A stretch of 64,000 nucleotides of DNA from an uncultured Candidatus Saccharibacteria bacterium (GCA_965230925.1 OZ246403.1:266455-330454), one strand, 5' to 3'; shown: positions 41,038 through 50,946, counted from the first letter of the stretch. The notes: a model not told the origin generated them from the sequence alone. Program-made: numbers and translations.

Positions 41038-42690
41038 TTAATCCAATATCCGCGCCAGACGGATGAGGTCGTAGGGATATTCACCTTTGAAGTGCTCGAA
41101 AATGGGTTTGAGGGCCTGTTTGCCAAGTTTGCGGAAGGCGCGGTGGATCTCGGCGATTAAGTCTTCTTGACCGAGCGCGAGGTGGGCTAAATCGCTCGCC
41201 TTCAACTTCTTTTGCATCCGCAAATCTTCTAAGTGTTTGATGATCGTCCCCCTCGTGAGCTTACTCGCTTTGGCAATTTCGGCAATTTGCTTCCCCTCTT
41301 TCGCCAAGCGCAAAGTTTCTTCAATCCCACCTTTCTTGGTTTCTTTCTTTTTCTTCTCGGCGGTAATACTCCCACCTGAAGCGATAATAAAATTCTGATG
41401 CAAGCTTTTCAGCCGCTCACTATCTAGAGCATCAAATGCCGCCCTCACCTCGCCCGACTGCGCGCGGAATTCACCATCGCGCCCGAGCACCTCCGGATGG
41501 ACCTCCAGCGCTCGCTCATTGAAGCCGAGCAAGTGCAACCCCGAGAGGCTACGCAAACGCGAGAGCGCCACGTAACCCTGACCGTATTCGAAGGCTTGCT
41601 TAAGATCAACTAGCGCCCCGTCGAGCGACATCCCCTGGCTCTTGTGGACCGTAATCGCCCAAGCGAGCCGCAATGGTACTTGGGTCACGCGCGCCAAGAC
41701 CTTCTCACCCACTTGCACGCTCCACTCAAGAGGCTCGGCGACAATCGTTTTCCCTTGCCGCGTCTTCACAACCGGATAATTACTCATCTGTTCGAAGCCA
41801 GTCACTTCGCCCGTTGTCCCGTTCACAAACTTCCGCTCCATGCTATTTTTCGTAAACATCACCTTGGCGCCAACCTTAAGCGACAAGGTTTCTGGCGAGA
41901 GACAGTTGCGCTTCAGGCTCTCCACCATCCCGGGCGCACCACTACCCTTCATCTGGAAGTGACGCGGCGAGGCGCTAATCTTCTCGAGCTCGGCTTCATT
42001 AATCCGATCAACGTCGGCATTGTGGGGAAATAATTTTGTGAGATTCTGATGATCCGCACTCTCGGCCGCCACCACGCGCGTGGTCAGCGCCACGCGATGC
42101 GCCACCGCCAAGCGACCAGCGCGGAGACCGGTGAGCACCGCGAGGAAAGCCGGATCTTCCTGCCGATGTTGCTCGGAGAGATAACACACCATAAACTTCG
42201 CCACCGGCCACACCCTCGCCTCATAAGCAAATTGCGCCCGCTCGCCACCCTTAACCACCGGCGGGAGTTGGAAGAAATCGCCAACGAGAATAACTTGCAA
42301 GTCACCAAAGGGTTCCGTCGAGCCGCGCAATTCTTTACACAAGCGGTCTACTAAGTCGAGCATCCGCGCCGAGAGCATCGAGACTTCGTCGATCACCAAG
42401 ACCTTGGTTTTCCTCACCCTCTTCACCAAGCGCTCATCTTGCGCCAAGCGATCTAGATCATAATCGCTCAATTCTTGCTTTACCCCGAGGCCGCTCCAAG
42501 AGTGAATCGTCATCCCGCCTAAATGGGTCGCGGCAATCCCCGTCGAGGCCGTCACCGCCACTTCTACCCCGCGCTCGCGAAGGTAATTGAGATACTGATT
42601 AATTGTATGCGTTTTCCCACTCCCCGGCTCTCCGGTCAAAAAAACATTCGCTCCCGTTTTGAGAATATTAAGCGCCTCGAGTTGAGTCAT
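41038..42690 (-). CDS. PIF1-family DNA helicase with C-terminal helix-turn-helix
   Basis: TGEPGSGKT, TASTGIAA, DEVSM, GDFFQLPPV, AITVHKSQG, YVALSR; start revised to MTQLEAL. Confidence 0.9.
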   Translation of the reverse strand: MTQLEALNILKTGANVFLTGEPGSGKTHTINQYLNYLRERGVEVAVTASTGIAATHLGGMTIHSWSGLGVKQELSDYDLDRLAQDERLVKRVRKTKVLVIDEVSMLSARMLDLVDRLCKELRGSTEPFGDLQVILVGDFFQLPPVVKGGERAQFAYEARVWPVAKFMVCYLSEQHRQEDPAFLAVLTGLRAGRLAVAHRVALTTRVVAAESADHQNLTKLFPHNADVDRINEAELEKISASPRHFQMKGSGAPGMVESLKRNCLSPETLSLKVGAKVMFTKNSMERKFVNGTTGEVTGFEQMSNYPVVKTRQGKTIVAEPLEWSVQVGEKVLARVTQVPLRLAWAITVHKSQGMSLDGALVDLKQAFEYGQGYVALSRLRSLSGLHLLGFNERALEVHPEVLGRDGEFRAQSGEVRAAFDALDSERLKSLHQNFIIASGGSITAEKKKKETKKGGIEETLRLAKEGKQIAEIAKASKLTRGTIIKHLEDLRMQKKLKASDLAHLALGQEDLIAEIHRAFRKLGKQALKPIFEHFKGEYPYDLIRLARILD

Positions 42691-42730
42691 GCGGTTATGG
42701 TAAACTGATCCGAGAAATAAACCAAGATTA

Positions 42731-42958
42731 ATGAAAAAGCGATTCTCACACTGGCTTGCCCGATATTGGGAAGTGGAACAATACAACTTTAAACATCCCT
42801 TTGATCGAAAGTATCCTAAAGGATACGGGCGCCATTTTCTTGCCGGATTACTAATGAGACCGCTTTATCTGATGGTAATCTTTGTTTTTAGTCTAGCCTT
42901 CTTTTTAATCTTCAAACTTCTAACAAAGTTCCTTGTCTGGGTAGATAAGGTGGTTTGA
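42731..42958 (+). CDS. Small hypothetical membrane protein
   Basis: 75 aa with a C-terminal hydrophobic helix. Confidence 0.5.
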   Translation: MKKRFSHWLARYWEVEQYNFKHPFDRKYPKGYGRHFLAGLLMRPLYLMVIFVFSLAFFLIFKLLTKFLVWVDKVV

Positions 42959-43018
42959 GGTGTCAAAATCCAAACCGATTAGTGGTAAAGTGGTAGTTGA
43001 TTACTCAGTCTGATCCTA

Positions 43019-44044
43019 TTATTCCGCATTGAACAATGTATAATCTCCAAACTCGCTAATAGTGATGTCTCGAGATTTTCTGTGATTTTTATAATCAAAT
43101 CCCTTTATGAGCTTATCTAGTTGAGGTTTGTCTTTCGCCACAAAACACTCATAGCTATGGATAAGTATCAATGAGTTTATATCCCGTACTTGTTTTTTAT
43201 CTAGCTTCATAAAATGTTCCGTCTGGGATTTCATACTCGGTTTTATACAAATGCAAATATCAGGTCTTAGAGGGAAAAATACTGTTGAGTGTGGTGATAA
43301 CAGCCCATTCATTATCTTCGAATGTGATACGGTAAAGCATGGATTATCGGATGTCGCGAAAGAAGTGTCTTTTGGAGCTACGAGAAATAGCCATTGCATT
43401 TCGAAGATCTTCTTTGCCTGGCGTGGTACCTTGAAAACACCTTTCGAGTGACCGGTTTTTGTGAGGCCCACTTTTACATCATCACCGTGTATGGCTTCAA
43501 AAAGCTGTGCGTTTATTTCTTCCTGTGACATGGTACTAATCTTTTCCAATGCCTCCTTTTCATATTTATTATTTGGTGCGTGTTTGAGAATATCCTCTTT
43601 AGACATCTTTACCTTATCCGGAGACGACAGGTCTTTTCTCATGGAATACTTCGTTTTGGAATCAATCAGCTTATTCATCTCCTCTCGATGTTTAGGCGTT
43701 CTTATGTATTGCAAAGCTACATAAAAAGCGATGCAACTACGGTCCATTCCAGATAGTTGTTCTTGTTTAGTAAAGTCAACTTTTCTAATGGCTTCAATGC
43801 CCTTTTTATCAATAGTAGCTGTTACCTCTTCCGGTAGATAGGACTTTTCATTCTCGTCCTCAAGCACATTGAAATCTTTGCACCAAAATAAGGGCGACTT
43901 TGTGTTCGCAGTATCGCACTTACCTTGAGGGATTATAAAAACATTTAGATGGTTTTTAGTTCCAGGTATGTGCCATTGTTCCAGATATTTATCTTGAACA
44001 GTGTGATGTTTTTGCCATGACACATTATTATTGAGTTTTGACAA
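43019..44044 (-). CDS. DUF4238-family protein (candidate anti-phage)
   Basis: N-terminal KHHTVQDKYLEQW, ALQYIRTP, FATSDNP, FFPLRPDICI; AT-rich relative to flanks. Confidence 0.75.
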   Translation of the reverse strand: MSKLNNNVSWQKHHTVQDKYLEQWHIPGTKNHLNVFIIPQGKCDTANTKSPLFWCKDFNVLEDENEKSYLPEEVTATIDKKGIEAIRKVDFTKQEQLSGMDRSCIAFYVALQYIRTPKHREEMNKLIDSKTKYSMRKDLSSPDKVKMSKEDILKHAPNNKYEKEALEKISTMSQEEINAQLFEAIHGDDVKVGLTKTGHSKGVFKVPRQAKKIFEMQWLFLVAPKDTSFATSDNPCFTVSHSKIMNGLLSPHSTVFFPLRPDICICIKPSMKSQTEHFMKLDKKQVRDINSLILIHSYECFVAKDKPQLDKLIKGFDYKNHRKSRDITISEFGDYTLFNAE

Positions 44045-44324
44045 TTTTCTTTACTACCGAATCTACAAAAATCCTAAAAGCCAGTCTTTTCTCCTTTTTA
44101 TAAACAATTTTAATTCCTAAAAGATGCCCCCTGGGACAAATAAGCTCTTTACTGGAAACTGAAACTTTAGGTTCAATGATACGATCAATATACATCCGGC
44201 GGAGGTTGCCGGGACCGTCTTTCTGATACAGACAGATCAGAGAGCTACACTTCTCACAATTTATTTTCAGTAAACGTGAATAGACACCTCGATCTTTCCT
44301 AAACTTGTCATTTTTTAATTTCAT
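44028..44324 (-). CDS. Small Zn-binding hypothetical protein (start revised)
   Basis: [26 protein letters not shown]. Confidence 0.7.
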   Translation of the reverse strand: MKLKNDKFRKDRGVYSRLLKINCEKCSSLICLYQKDGPGNLRRMYIDRIIEPKVSVSSKELICPRGHLLGIKIVYKKEKRLAFRIFVDSVVKKIVKTQ

Positions 44325-44375
44325 AAAACCACAAACACAATATATAAACCTGAACCCCGCCTTCGCGGACCGAAG

Positions 44376-44537
44376 ACGGAGAGGGAGGGATTCGGTCACG
44401 CGTAATTTTCTGCTGAAAATTCGCTCGACCCCGCCTCGCGCCGTCGCGCTGCGGCTTTCGAATCCGCCACTCACAATGCCAAATTTCACTGCAACTGAAC
44501 ACAGTAAAATTTGTCATTACGGAGAGGGAGGGATTCG
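44376..44537 (-). repeat. tRNA 3'-end direct repeat (19 bp, 143-bp period) enclosing a structured element
   Basis: ACGGAGAGGGAGGGATTCG at 44376-44394 and 44519-44537. Confidence 0.9.
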
Positions 44538-44606
44538 AACCCTCGGTACCGTTGCCGATACACAGACTTTCCAGGTCTGCCCATTCGACCGCTCTGGCAC
44601 CTCTCC
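44520..44606 (-). tRNA. tRNA-Ser(GGA)
   Basis: GGAGAGG...CAGAC-CTGGAAA-GTCTG, long variable arm, GGTTCGAATCCCTCCCTCTCCG. Confidence 0.95.
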
Positions 44607-44614
44607 AAGTGAAT

Positions 44615-45175
44615 CTAAATTGAACGGTAAACGACCAGGCTAATGATACCGAAGGCAAGCGCTAAGTAAAGAACCCACTGAGCCAAGACCAAAATCAAGG
44701 CCAAGGGTTGAAGCAAATAGGCAATAAGCAAAATGACTCCCACGCACTGGAAAAGCATTTTTATTTTCCCAGACCAATTGGCTTTGATCTCCACCCCTTT
44801 TTTGTTTAACCGAAAGTAAGCCACGAAGATAAGCAGAAGTTCAATTGCTACCATCGCGGCGGCCAACCACCAAGAGAGAAGACGCGAAGCAAGAACAAGC
44901 ACCGTTGAACCAATGAGTAATTTATCGGCGAGTGGATCAAAAAGTTTTCCCCAAGTGGTGATCTGCCGTCTCGTTCTCGCCAAGGCACCATCAAGAACAT
45001 CAGAAAATGCTGCTATGGAAAAAACAACAAGCCCCCAGGAATATTCTCCTTTCCAAAGAAAATAAAACACCACCGGGATCATGAGAAAGCGAAAAGCGGT
45101 TACGAGATTAGGCGTAATGAAACGAGGAAAAAGGCGCAACAAACTTTTATCGAGCAGCCAGTCAACGGCGCGCAT
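44615..45175 (-). CDS. CDP-alcohol phosphatidyltransferase (PgsA-like)
   Basis: [15 protein letters not shown]...[10 protein letters not shown]. Confidence 0.9.
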   Translation of the reverse strand: MRAVDWLLDKSLLRLFPRFITPNLVTAFRFLMIPVVFYFLWKGEYSWGLVVFSIAAFSDVLDGALARTRRQITTWGKLFDPLADKLLIGSTVLVLASRLLSWWLAAAMVAIELLLIFVAYFRLNKKGVEIKANWSGKIKMLFQCVGVILLIAYLLQPLALILVLAQWVLYLALAFGIISLVVYRSI

Positions 45176-45184
45176 CTTTTTATT

Positions 45185-46105
45185 CTATCGCAATTGGCGC
45201 AAAAGTTTAATCCGTTCTTCGATGGGTGGATGGGTAAGGAAGAGGTGATGGAGACCACGCGCGGCGCGGGAGCCGAAGGGGTTCGAGATATAGAGATGGG
45301 CGGTGGCATCAGAGGCGCGAGCGAGCGGGGCGGAGTGCGCGCCAATTTTCTCGAGGGCGGAAGCGAGGCCCTCTGGGTAACGCGTAAGAAGCGCGCCAGA
45401 AGCGTCGGCGAGGTACTCCCGCCGACGCGAGATCGCGAGGCGAATTAAGGTAGAGAAAATTGGCGCGAGGATAATGAGCGCGAGGCCAATAATCGCCAGG
45501 ATTCCCCCGCCTTGACTCGGCGAGGCAGGCCCACCACTGCGATTATTATCACTCCGGCCACGACCGCCGAAAAGGTGTGAACGTAAGAAAATGTCGGAAA
45601 GAATGGCCACGAAGCCCGCGAGAATTACCGCCACGGTTGAAATCAAAATGTCGCGATTGCCGATATGCGCCAGTTCATGCGCGAGCACACCCTCGAGCTC
45701 CGTGCGATTGAGCTGCTCAAGTAGGCCGGTGGTCACGGCCACGGCCGCATGATCCTTGTTGCGCCCCGTGGCGAAAGCATTCGGCGCGGCGTCATTGATA
45801 ACGTAAATCCGCGGCTTGGGTAAGCCCGCTGTAATCGCCAAGTTCTCCACGAGATTATGAAGATCAGGATAGAGTTCATCCGGCGCCGGCTTGGCTCCCG
45901 ACATCGCGAGGGCCACTTTGTCGGAGAACCAATAACCGACCACATTCATCACTAAGCTAATGATCACCGCAACAATAAGGATATCCGCGCTCTGATAGTA
46001 GTAACTCAAGAACCACCCAATCCCCGCGATAAGCGCAAAAAACACGACCATGAGAAGCCATGTTTTCCTCACATTACTCGCCGCTTGAGTGTATAGAGTT
46101 GCCAT
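45185..46105 (-). CDS. htpX: Zn metalloprotease HtpX (M48)
   Basis: PNAFATGR, HELAH, SRRREYLAD, THPPIEERI. Confidence 0.95.
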   Translation of the reverse strand: MATLYTQAASNVRKTWLLMVVFFALIAGIGWFLSYYYQSADILIVAVIISLVMNVVGYWFSDKVALAMSGAKPAPDELYPDLHNLVENLAITAGLPKPRIYVINDAAPNAFATGRNKDHAAVAVTTGLLEQLNRTELEGVLAHELAHIGNRDILISTVAVILAGFVAILSDIFLRSHLFGGRGRSDNNRSGGPASPSQGGGILAIIGLALIILAPIFSTLIRLAISRRREYLADASGALLTRYPEGLASALEKIGAHSAPLARASDATAHLYISNPFGSRAARGLHHLFLTHPPIEERIKLLRQLR

Positions 46106-46115
46106 ATATAGTATG

Positions 46116-46631
46116 CTACTTCACAATACTAAAACTTGAATCACTATCATCGAAATCATATCCGCCAGCTCCCGGACCAGGATACTCAGACGAAATCCTA
46201 ATTTGATAGTTTTCTCCAACAGGAAAATCTTCTGGTATCTCCCATGTGAATGTTCCCTGACTTGGAGGAACCTTATCCTCTTTTGTAACAATACTTCGAG
46301 AAAAATTAACTACCCGACCCGAAAGAGCAACAACAAAAATATCAACATCCCAAGTAGGCCAATTTCCCACATTCCATTTAATTTCGTGGGTTTCTCCAAT
46401 CCTCCATTTTTCTCCGCCATTAGGAGATATGATCTTCAAAGACTCTGGATGAGAATCGGCAGGAGAAACAGTTCCAACTGCTGAGTTAGTTACTTCAGAG
46501 ACATTGTTTGTGTTTGGAGAAATATCTGGTAAACGAGATTGTTTAGACCAAAAGTAGTACCCCAACACAACAAGGACAACGATGATCAATAAAACTACCG
46601 GTCGAGAAAAACCAGATTTTTTATTTTTCAT
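46116..46631 (-). CDS. Membrane-anchored Ser/Thr-rich (Kre9/GPI-anchored-like) Ig-domain protein
   Basis: TM; ISPNGGEKW.IG..HEIKW, FTWEIP, YQIRI, DDSDSSFSI. Confidence 0.65.
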   Translation of the reverse strand: MKNKKSGFSRPVVLLIIVVLVVLGYYFWSKQSRLPDISPNTNNVSEVTNSAVGTVSPADSHPESLKIISPNGGEKWRIGETHEIKWNVGNWPTWDVDIFVVALSGRVVNFSRSIVTKEDKVPPSQGTFTWEIPEDFPVGENYQIRISSEYPGPGAGGYDFDDSDSSFSIVK

Positions 46632-46640
46632 GTTTTACAA

Positions 46641-47270
46641 TCAGAACTTCACTTCTACCGGATTCTGGGCGGGAGAATTGTCGTCGAGATCAAAGTATTC
46701 CATGGGTTTGAAGCCGAAGGTCCGGCCGACGATATTAGATGGAAAAGATTCGAGCGAGATGGTGAGATCGCGGACATTACCATTGTAGAAACGCCGCGCG
46801 GCCTGAATTTTGTTCTCCGTGTCCGCGAGTTCACGTTGGAGTTCGAGGAAGTTCGTATTGGCCTTGAGATCTGGATACGCTTCCGAAACCGCAAAGAGCG
46901 ACTTAAGCGCACCGGTAAGCATATTCTCCGCTTGAGCATGCGCGGCCGGAGTCGTCGCACCCATGGCGGCACTTCTCGCTTGCGTGACCTTCTCGAAGGC
47001 ACCACTCTCGTGAGCGGCGTAACCCTTCACGGTATTAATCAAATTGGGAATTAAGTCGTATCGGCGCTTGAGCTGGACCTCAATATCCGCCCACGCCTCC
47101 TTGGCACGATTGGCGAGCTGGACAAAACTGTTGTACATCGAGACAAACCAAACCACCAGAACAACAATCAGAATTGGAATGTTTAAACTCCAATTGATCC
47201 AATCGAAAAGACCACTAACCAGAAGCAAGACAATAACGGCCCCAAGAATCAAATTCCAAAAATTAGACAT
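46641..47270 (-). CDS. lemA: LemA-family protein
   Basis: VQLKRRYDLIPNL, EAYPDLKAN, ARRFYN. Confidence 0.95.
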   Translation of the reverse strand: MSNFWNLILGAVIVLLLVSGLFDWINWSLNIPILIVVLVVWFVSMYNSFVQLANRAKEAWADIEVQLKRRYDLIPNLINTVKGYAAHESGAFEKVTQARSAAMGATTPAAHAQAENMLTGALKSLFAVSEAYPDLKANTNFLELQRELADTENKIQAARRFYNGNVRDLTISLESFPSNIVGRTFGFKPMEYFDLDDNSPAQNPVEVKF

Positions 47271-47346
47271 AGTTAAAAGTTAATTAACAATATGGTCCTA
47301 GCACTTTCACTATACCACCCACCCCACCAAAAAACCACTTGAAACC

Positions 47347-47718
47347 TTAGTGGCCGCCCAGATTGCTAAACATCCAACCAAAAGTGTAGACATAAAAAGC
47401 GATACTCAAAACCGGCAAAGCAATAGCGAAGAGCCAAAATGACCACCGCGGGGACAGCGAGGGTGACATCCCCGATGCTTTAATAAACCATCGAGAAAAA
47501 ATTCTAAACAAGAGATAAACAGCCAAAGGAATGAATAGGTTGTAGCCGTTGATAACCCGGGTCTGGATATTGAAAAATAATATCACCACAAGAAAAACAA
47601 GATAGGCCGTGGCCACTAAACCAGGGTAAACCTTGACCCCACGGTCTCGCAATCGCCTCGAATCGCGATAAACCCAAATCGCGAGAAGCGGAAAAACCAT
47701 AAACACCGGCAACATCAT
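47347..47718 (-). CDS. Hypothetical multi-TM membrane protein
   Basis: About 4 hydrophobic helices; TATACT 8 nt before ATG 47718. Confidence 0.6.
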   Translation of the reverse strand: MMLPVFMVFPLLAIWVYRDSRRLRDRGVKVYPGLVATAYLVFLVVILFFNIQTRVINGYNLFIPLAVYLLFRIFSRWFIKASGMSPSLSPRWSFWLFAIALPVLSIAFYVYTFGWMFSNLGGH

Positions 47719-47746
47719 TTGCTCCAAGTATAAAGCTTGTGACACC

Positions 47747-47779
47747 AAAAAACCATCCCGCCGCGGCGGGATGGTTTTT
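47747..47779. terminator. groEL terminator
   Basis: AAAAAACCATCCCGCCGCGGCGGGATGGTTTTT. Confidence 0.8.
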
Positions 47780-47787
47780 CTTGAGTC

Positions 47788-49446
47788 TTAGTAGTCCATT
47801 CCCCCGCCCATTCCTCCGGGCATCCCACCAGGCATCGGTTTGTCTTCTTTTGGCTCTTCCGCAATTGCCACTTCGGTCGTGAGAAGAATCGCAGCAGCAG
47901 AAGCAGCGCGCTCGAGGCCGGTGCGAGTCACCTTGACAGGATCAATAATTCCGGCGGCGAACATGTCATCCATGAGTTTATCAGCATTGGCATCGTAACC
48001 CATATTGCCCTTGCCTCGCTTCACTTGATCCACAATCACCGCGCCGTCGTCCTTACCAGCATTCTTGGCAATCTGACCAAGCGGCGCCTCAAGCGCCTTG
48101 AGGAGAATTTTCACCCCGGTTTCAAATTCATCTTTAATATCTTCCGAGTCGGGCGTGATCTTCTTATTGGCCACCTTAGCACCCGCGCGCACGAGCGCCG
48201 CGCCGCCACCAATCACAATTCCCTCCTCGATCGCGGCCTTGGTCGCCTCCACCGCGTCTTCAATCTTTAACTTTTTATACTTCATCTCGCTCTCGGTCGC
48301 GGCACCCACTTTAATCACCGCTACGCCGCCCGAGAGTTTACCCAAGCGCTCGCGCAACTTCTCTTTGTCATAAGAAAAATCAGCAAGTTCAATCTGCTTC
48401 TTAATCTGCGCGACGCGAGCGTCGAGATCCGCTTTCTTCCCCTTCCCGCCCACAATGGTCGTTGCTTCTTTGGTGGCCACAATCTTCCGGGCGCGACCAA
48501 GCATCGGGATATCCACGCCATCCAACTTAAGACCCACTTCTTCTGAAATCACTTTCCCGCCCGTGAGAATCGCAATATCCTCGAGCATCTCTTTCTTCCG
48601 GTCGCCATAACCCGGCGCTTTAATCGCGAGCGTGTGGAAAATTCCGCGGAGCTTATTCACGACTAAAGTCGCCATCGCCTCGCCGTCCACATCTTCAGCA
48701 ATAATCACCAGTTCCTTCTTCCCGCTCTGCGCCAGCTTCTCAAGCACCGGTAAAATATCTTTGATCGACGAAATCTTTTTATCAGTAAGTAAAATAAATG
48801 GATCAGAATATTCGGCTTCCATCCGATCAGCATCCGTAATCATATAGGGCGACACATAACCCTTATCAAATTGCATTCCTTCTACCAGTTCACTCTCGAC
48901 TGTAAATGACTGCGACTCCTCCACCGTCACCACGCCGTCTTTACCCACTTTATCAATTGCATCCGCAATAATCTCACCAAATTCTTCACTCTCCGCTGAG
49001 ATTGTAGCCACCTGCTTGGTCTCTTGTTTATTCTTCACGGGCTTGGCCATCGCCTTAAGTTCGCGCACCACCTCGGCCGCCGCGGCCTCAATGCCGAGTC
49101 GCACACCCATGGCGTTCACCCCGAGCGCGGTCTTCTTAAGCCCTTCTTCCATCAAGGCTTGCGTGAGCACCACGGCGGTGGTCGTGCCATCGCCCGCGAT
49201 ATCATTCGTCTTCGACGCCACATCCTTAATCATCTCGGCGCCCATGTTCTCAATTTTATCCTTAAGACTAATTTCCTTCGCAATCGTCACACCGTCATTG
49301 GTAATCGTCGGCGCGCCGTAACCCTTATCAATCACCACATTGCGCCCCTTCGGACCAATGGTAATCTTCACGGCATTGGCCGCGTGATCGATACCGGCCT
49401 TCAACTTCGCCCGCGCTTCTCCACCAAAAATAATTTGTTTACTCAT
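47788..49446 (-). CDS. groL: Chaperonin GroEL
   Basis: GPKGRNV, GDGTTTA, GGM tail. Confidence 0.98.
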   Translation of the reverse strand: MSKQIIFGGEARAKLKAGIDHAANAVKITIGPKGRNVVIDKGYGAPTITNDGVTIAKEISLKDKIENMGAEMIKDVASKTNDIAGDGTTTAVVLTQALMEEGLKKTALGVNAMGVRLGIEAAAAEVVRELKAMAKPVKNKQETKQVATISAESEEFGEIIADAIDKVGKDGVVTVEESQSFTVESELVEGMQFDKGYVSPYMITDADRMEAEYSDPFILLTDKKISSIKDILPVLEKLAQSGKKELVIIAEDVDGEAMATLVVNKLRGIFHTLAIKAPGYGDRKKEMLEDIAILTGGKVISEEVGLKLDGVDIPMLGRARKIVATKEATTIVGGKGKKADLDARVAQIKKQIELADFSYDKEKLRERLGKLSGGVAVIKVGAATESEMKYKKLKIEDAVEATKAAIEEGIVIGGGAALVRAGAKVANKKITPDSEDIKDEFETGVKILLKALEAPLGQIAKNAGKDDGAVIVDQVKRGKGNMGYDANADKLMDDMFAAGIIDPVKVTRTGLERAASAAAILLTTEVAIAEEPKEDKPMPGGMPGGMGGGMDY

Positions 49447-49452
49447 AGTTGC

Positions 49453-49761
49453 TTAATCAATTATTGCCAAAATATTACTCTCACCGACGATAAAATATTC
49501 TTTATCGCCAATTTTCACCTCATCCTTACTGTATTTTGAAAAAATCACTTTCTGCCCTTTCTTCACCGAGAGCGGAATGAGTTTGCCATCATCATTGCGC
49601 TTGCCGTCGCCCACCGCCACAATCGTCCCCTGCTCACTCCGCTCGCGATCGACGGTGTCGGGAATAATAATCCCGCTCTTGGTCTTGGTACCGGCGTTTT
49701 TCTCATCGCTCGGTTCCACCAGCACCCGATCACCCAATGGTTTGATGTTTATTTTACTCAT
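49453..49761 (-). CDS. groS: Co-chaperonin GroES
   Basis: KPLGDRVLV, SGIIIPD. Confidence 0.97.
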   Translation of the reverse strand: MSKINIKPLGDRVLVEPSDEKNAGTKTKSGIIIPDTVDRERSEQGTIVAVGDGKRNDDGKLIPLSVKKGQKVIFSKYSKDEVKIGDKEYFIVGESNILAIID

Positions 49762-49868
49762 AGTGCCACGGATTATAGAGATATATGGAAGAGAGTCAAG
49801 CCATTGACAGAACTAATTTATTTTGTAGGATCAAAGGCGGATCTGTTGGTCCGGAAAGGAAGGCTGTC

Positions 49869-50069
49869 TTGGAAAACCTTGGCGCATTAGCGGTAGTGAT
49901 TGTTATTGTCTTGGTCTGCACGTACTTTCACCTCACTCCTTACTGCACACACTGCCGGTCTAGAACAAGAGAAATCAAGGGCAGGGTTGGAAGCCTTGGA
50001 GCAATTTATTGCCATAGATGCAAAAGGCATAAAAGGAACCTGGTTTCCAATGATGAGTGGTTTTGGTAG
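49869..50069 (+). CDS. 66-aa TM + Zn-ribbon (CxxC...CxxC) orphan protein (TTG start)
   Basis: TTGACA-16-TAGGAT promoter, SD AAAGGAAGG, CTHC and CHRC motifs. Confidence 0.6.
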   Translation: MENLGALAVVIVIVLVCTYFHLTPYCTHCRSRTREIKGRVGSLGAIYCHRCKRHKRNLVSNDEWFW

Positions 50070-50084
50070 TGACAACAAAGACAG

Positions 50085-50128
50085 AAACCGGGGTGCGACA
50101 ATACAACGTCGCACGCTCCGGTTTTTTT
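50085..50128 (+). terminator. Terminator-like hairpin, copy 1 of a repeat
   Basis: AAACCGGGGTGCGAC-AATACAAC-GTCGCACGCTCCGGTTTTTTT. Confidence 0.8.
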
Positions 50129-50223
50129 GTATCTAATAACACAACTTGACAAAATAAAATTGGTGTGTATAATACTGGGCAGTCGTTTTGTGTATAAACC
50201 CCGGTCTTTGAAAGGAATCTATC

Positions 50224-50946
50224 GTGAAGAAAGTAAGAATTATTCTTGCTGCGGCATTAGTCGTCGTACTAACAATCCTCATTGTAGCTGTGGTCATCCA
50301 CAAGCAACCAGTAACCCAAGCTGTTCATCGGCCAACCTATACCCAAAAACAAGGGGAGGAGTTTCTAGAATCAACCATCACACCGTTAATTAAACAGCTT
50401 CGCAACGGAAGCTACCCCACCCCAGAATTGCAAAACCGCTACAAAGATAGGGAGAAGGTGATAGTAGAAAGGTACCAAAAAATAGTAACGGTGTACGTGG
50501 TCGGTGACGAGCTAATCAAGAATGAATTAGCTACAACCATCGCCGCACCCGCAATTGTAGACGGTGTGCCCAATCTGCAAATATTCGTAAAGGCTCTTTG
50601 GAACACGTGGGAGGAGTTCAAGACAACAAACACATATAGAAGACCCGACGCTCAACAGATCTTCAACGATTATTTCGTCGCTTGCCTGCTCCATGAAATC
50701 GAGCATTTTAGCGGCGAAACGAGCATGCTTGACCGGTCACCCGAGAATTCATTGCGTGGCGAGCTGGAAGCTTGGGGAAAAACCTGCGAATTTGCCCTAG
50801 CCCCATTGGTGGAAAAATACAATCGCCCAATCCACCCATCTTTTCTCACGTTTTATAACGCCTGGGTAAAAGGCGGTCGCCAGCAACAAAGCGTAGAGCT
50901 GGAAGCCCTCATTAGGCGGGTGTACAGCCACATAAAAGTTAAATGA
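50224..50946 (+). CDS. Membrane-anchored HEXXH (zincin-like) orphan protein
   Basis: TTGACA-16-TATAAT promoter, SD AAAGGA, N-terminal TM, LLHEIEH...GELEAW. Confidence 0.7.
   Translation: MKKVRIILAAALVVVLTILIVAVVIHKQPVTQAVHRPTYTQKQGEEFLESTITPLIKQLRNGSYPTPELQNRYKDREKVIVERYQKIVTVYVVGDELIKNELATTIAAPAIVDGVPNLQIFVKALWNTWEEFKTTNTYRRPDAQQIFNDYFVACLLHEIEHFSGETSMLDRSPENSLRGELEAWGKTCEFALAPLVEKYNRPIHPSFLTFYNAWVKGGRQQQSVELEALIRRVYSHIKVK

Noticed and set aside
44325-44658. ORFs spanning tRNA-Ser and its repeat element
   Set aside because: They overlap structured RNA; only 44028-44324 looks protein-like.
49762-49803. CIRCE operator upstream of groES
   Set aside because: No TTAGCACTC-N9-GAGTGCTAA inverted repeat; only a plain sigma70-type promoter.
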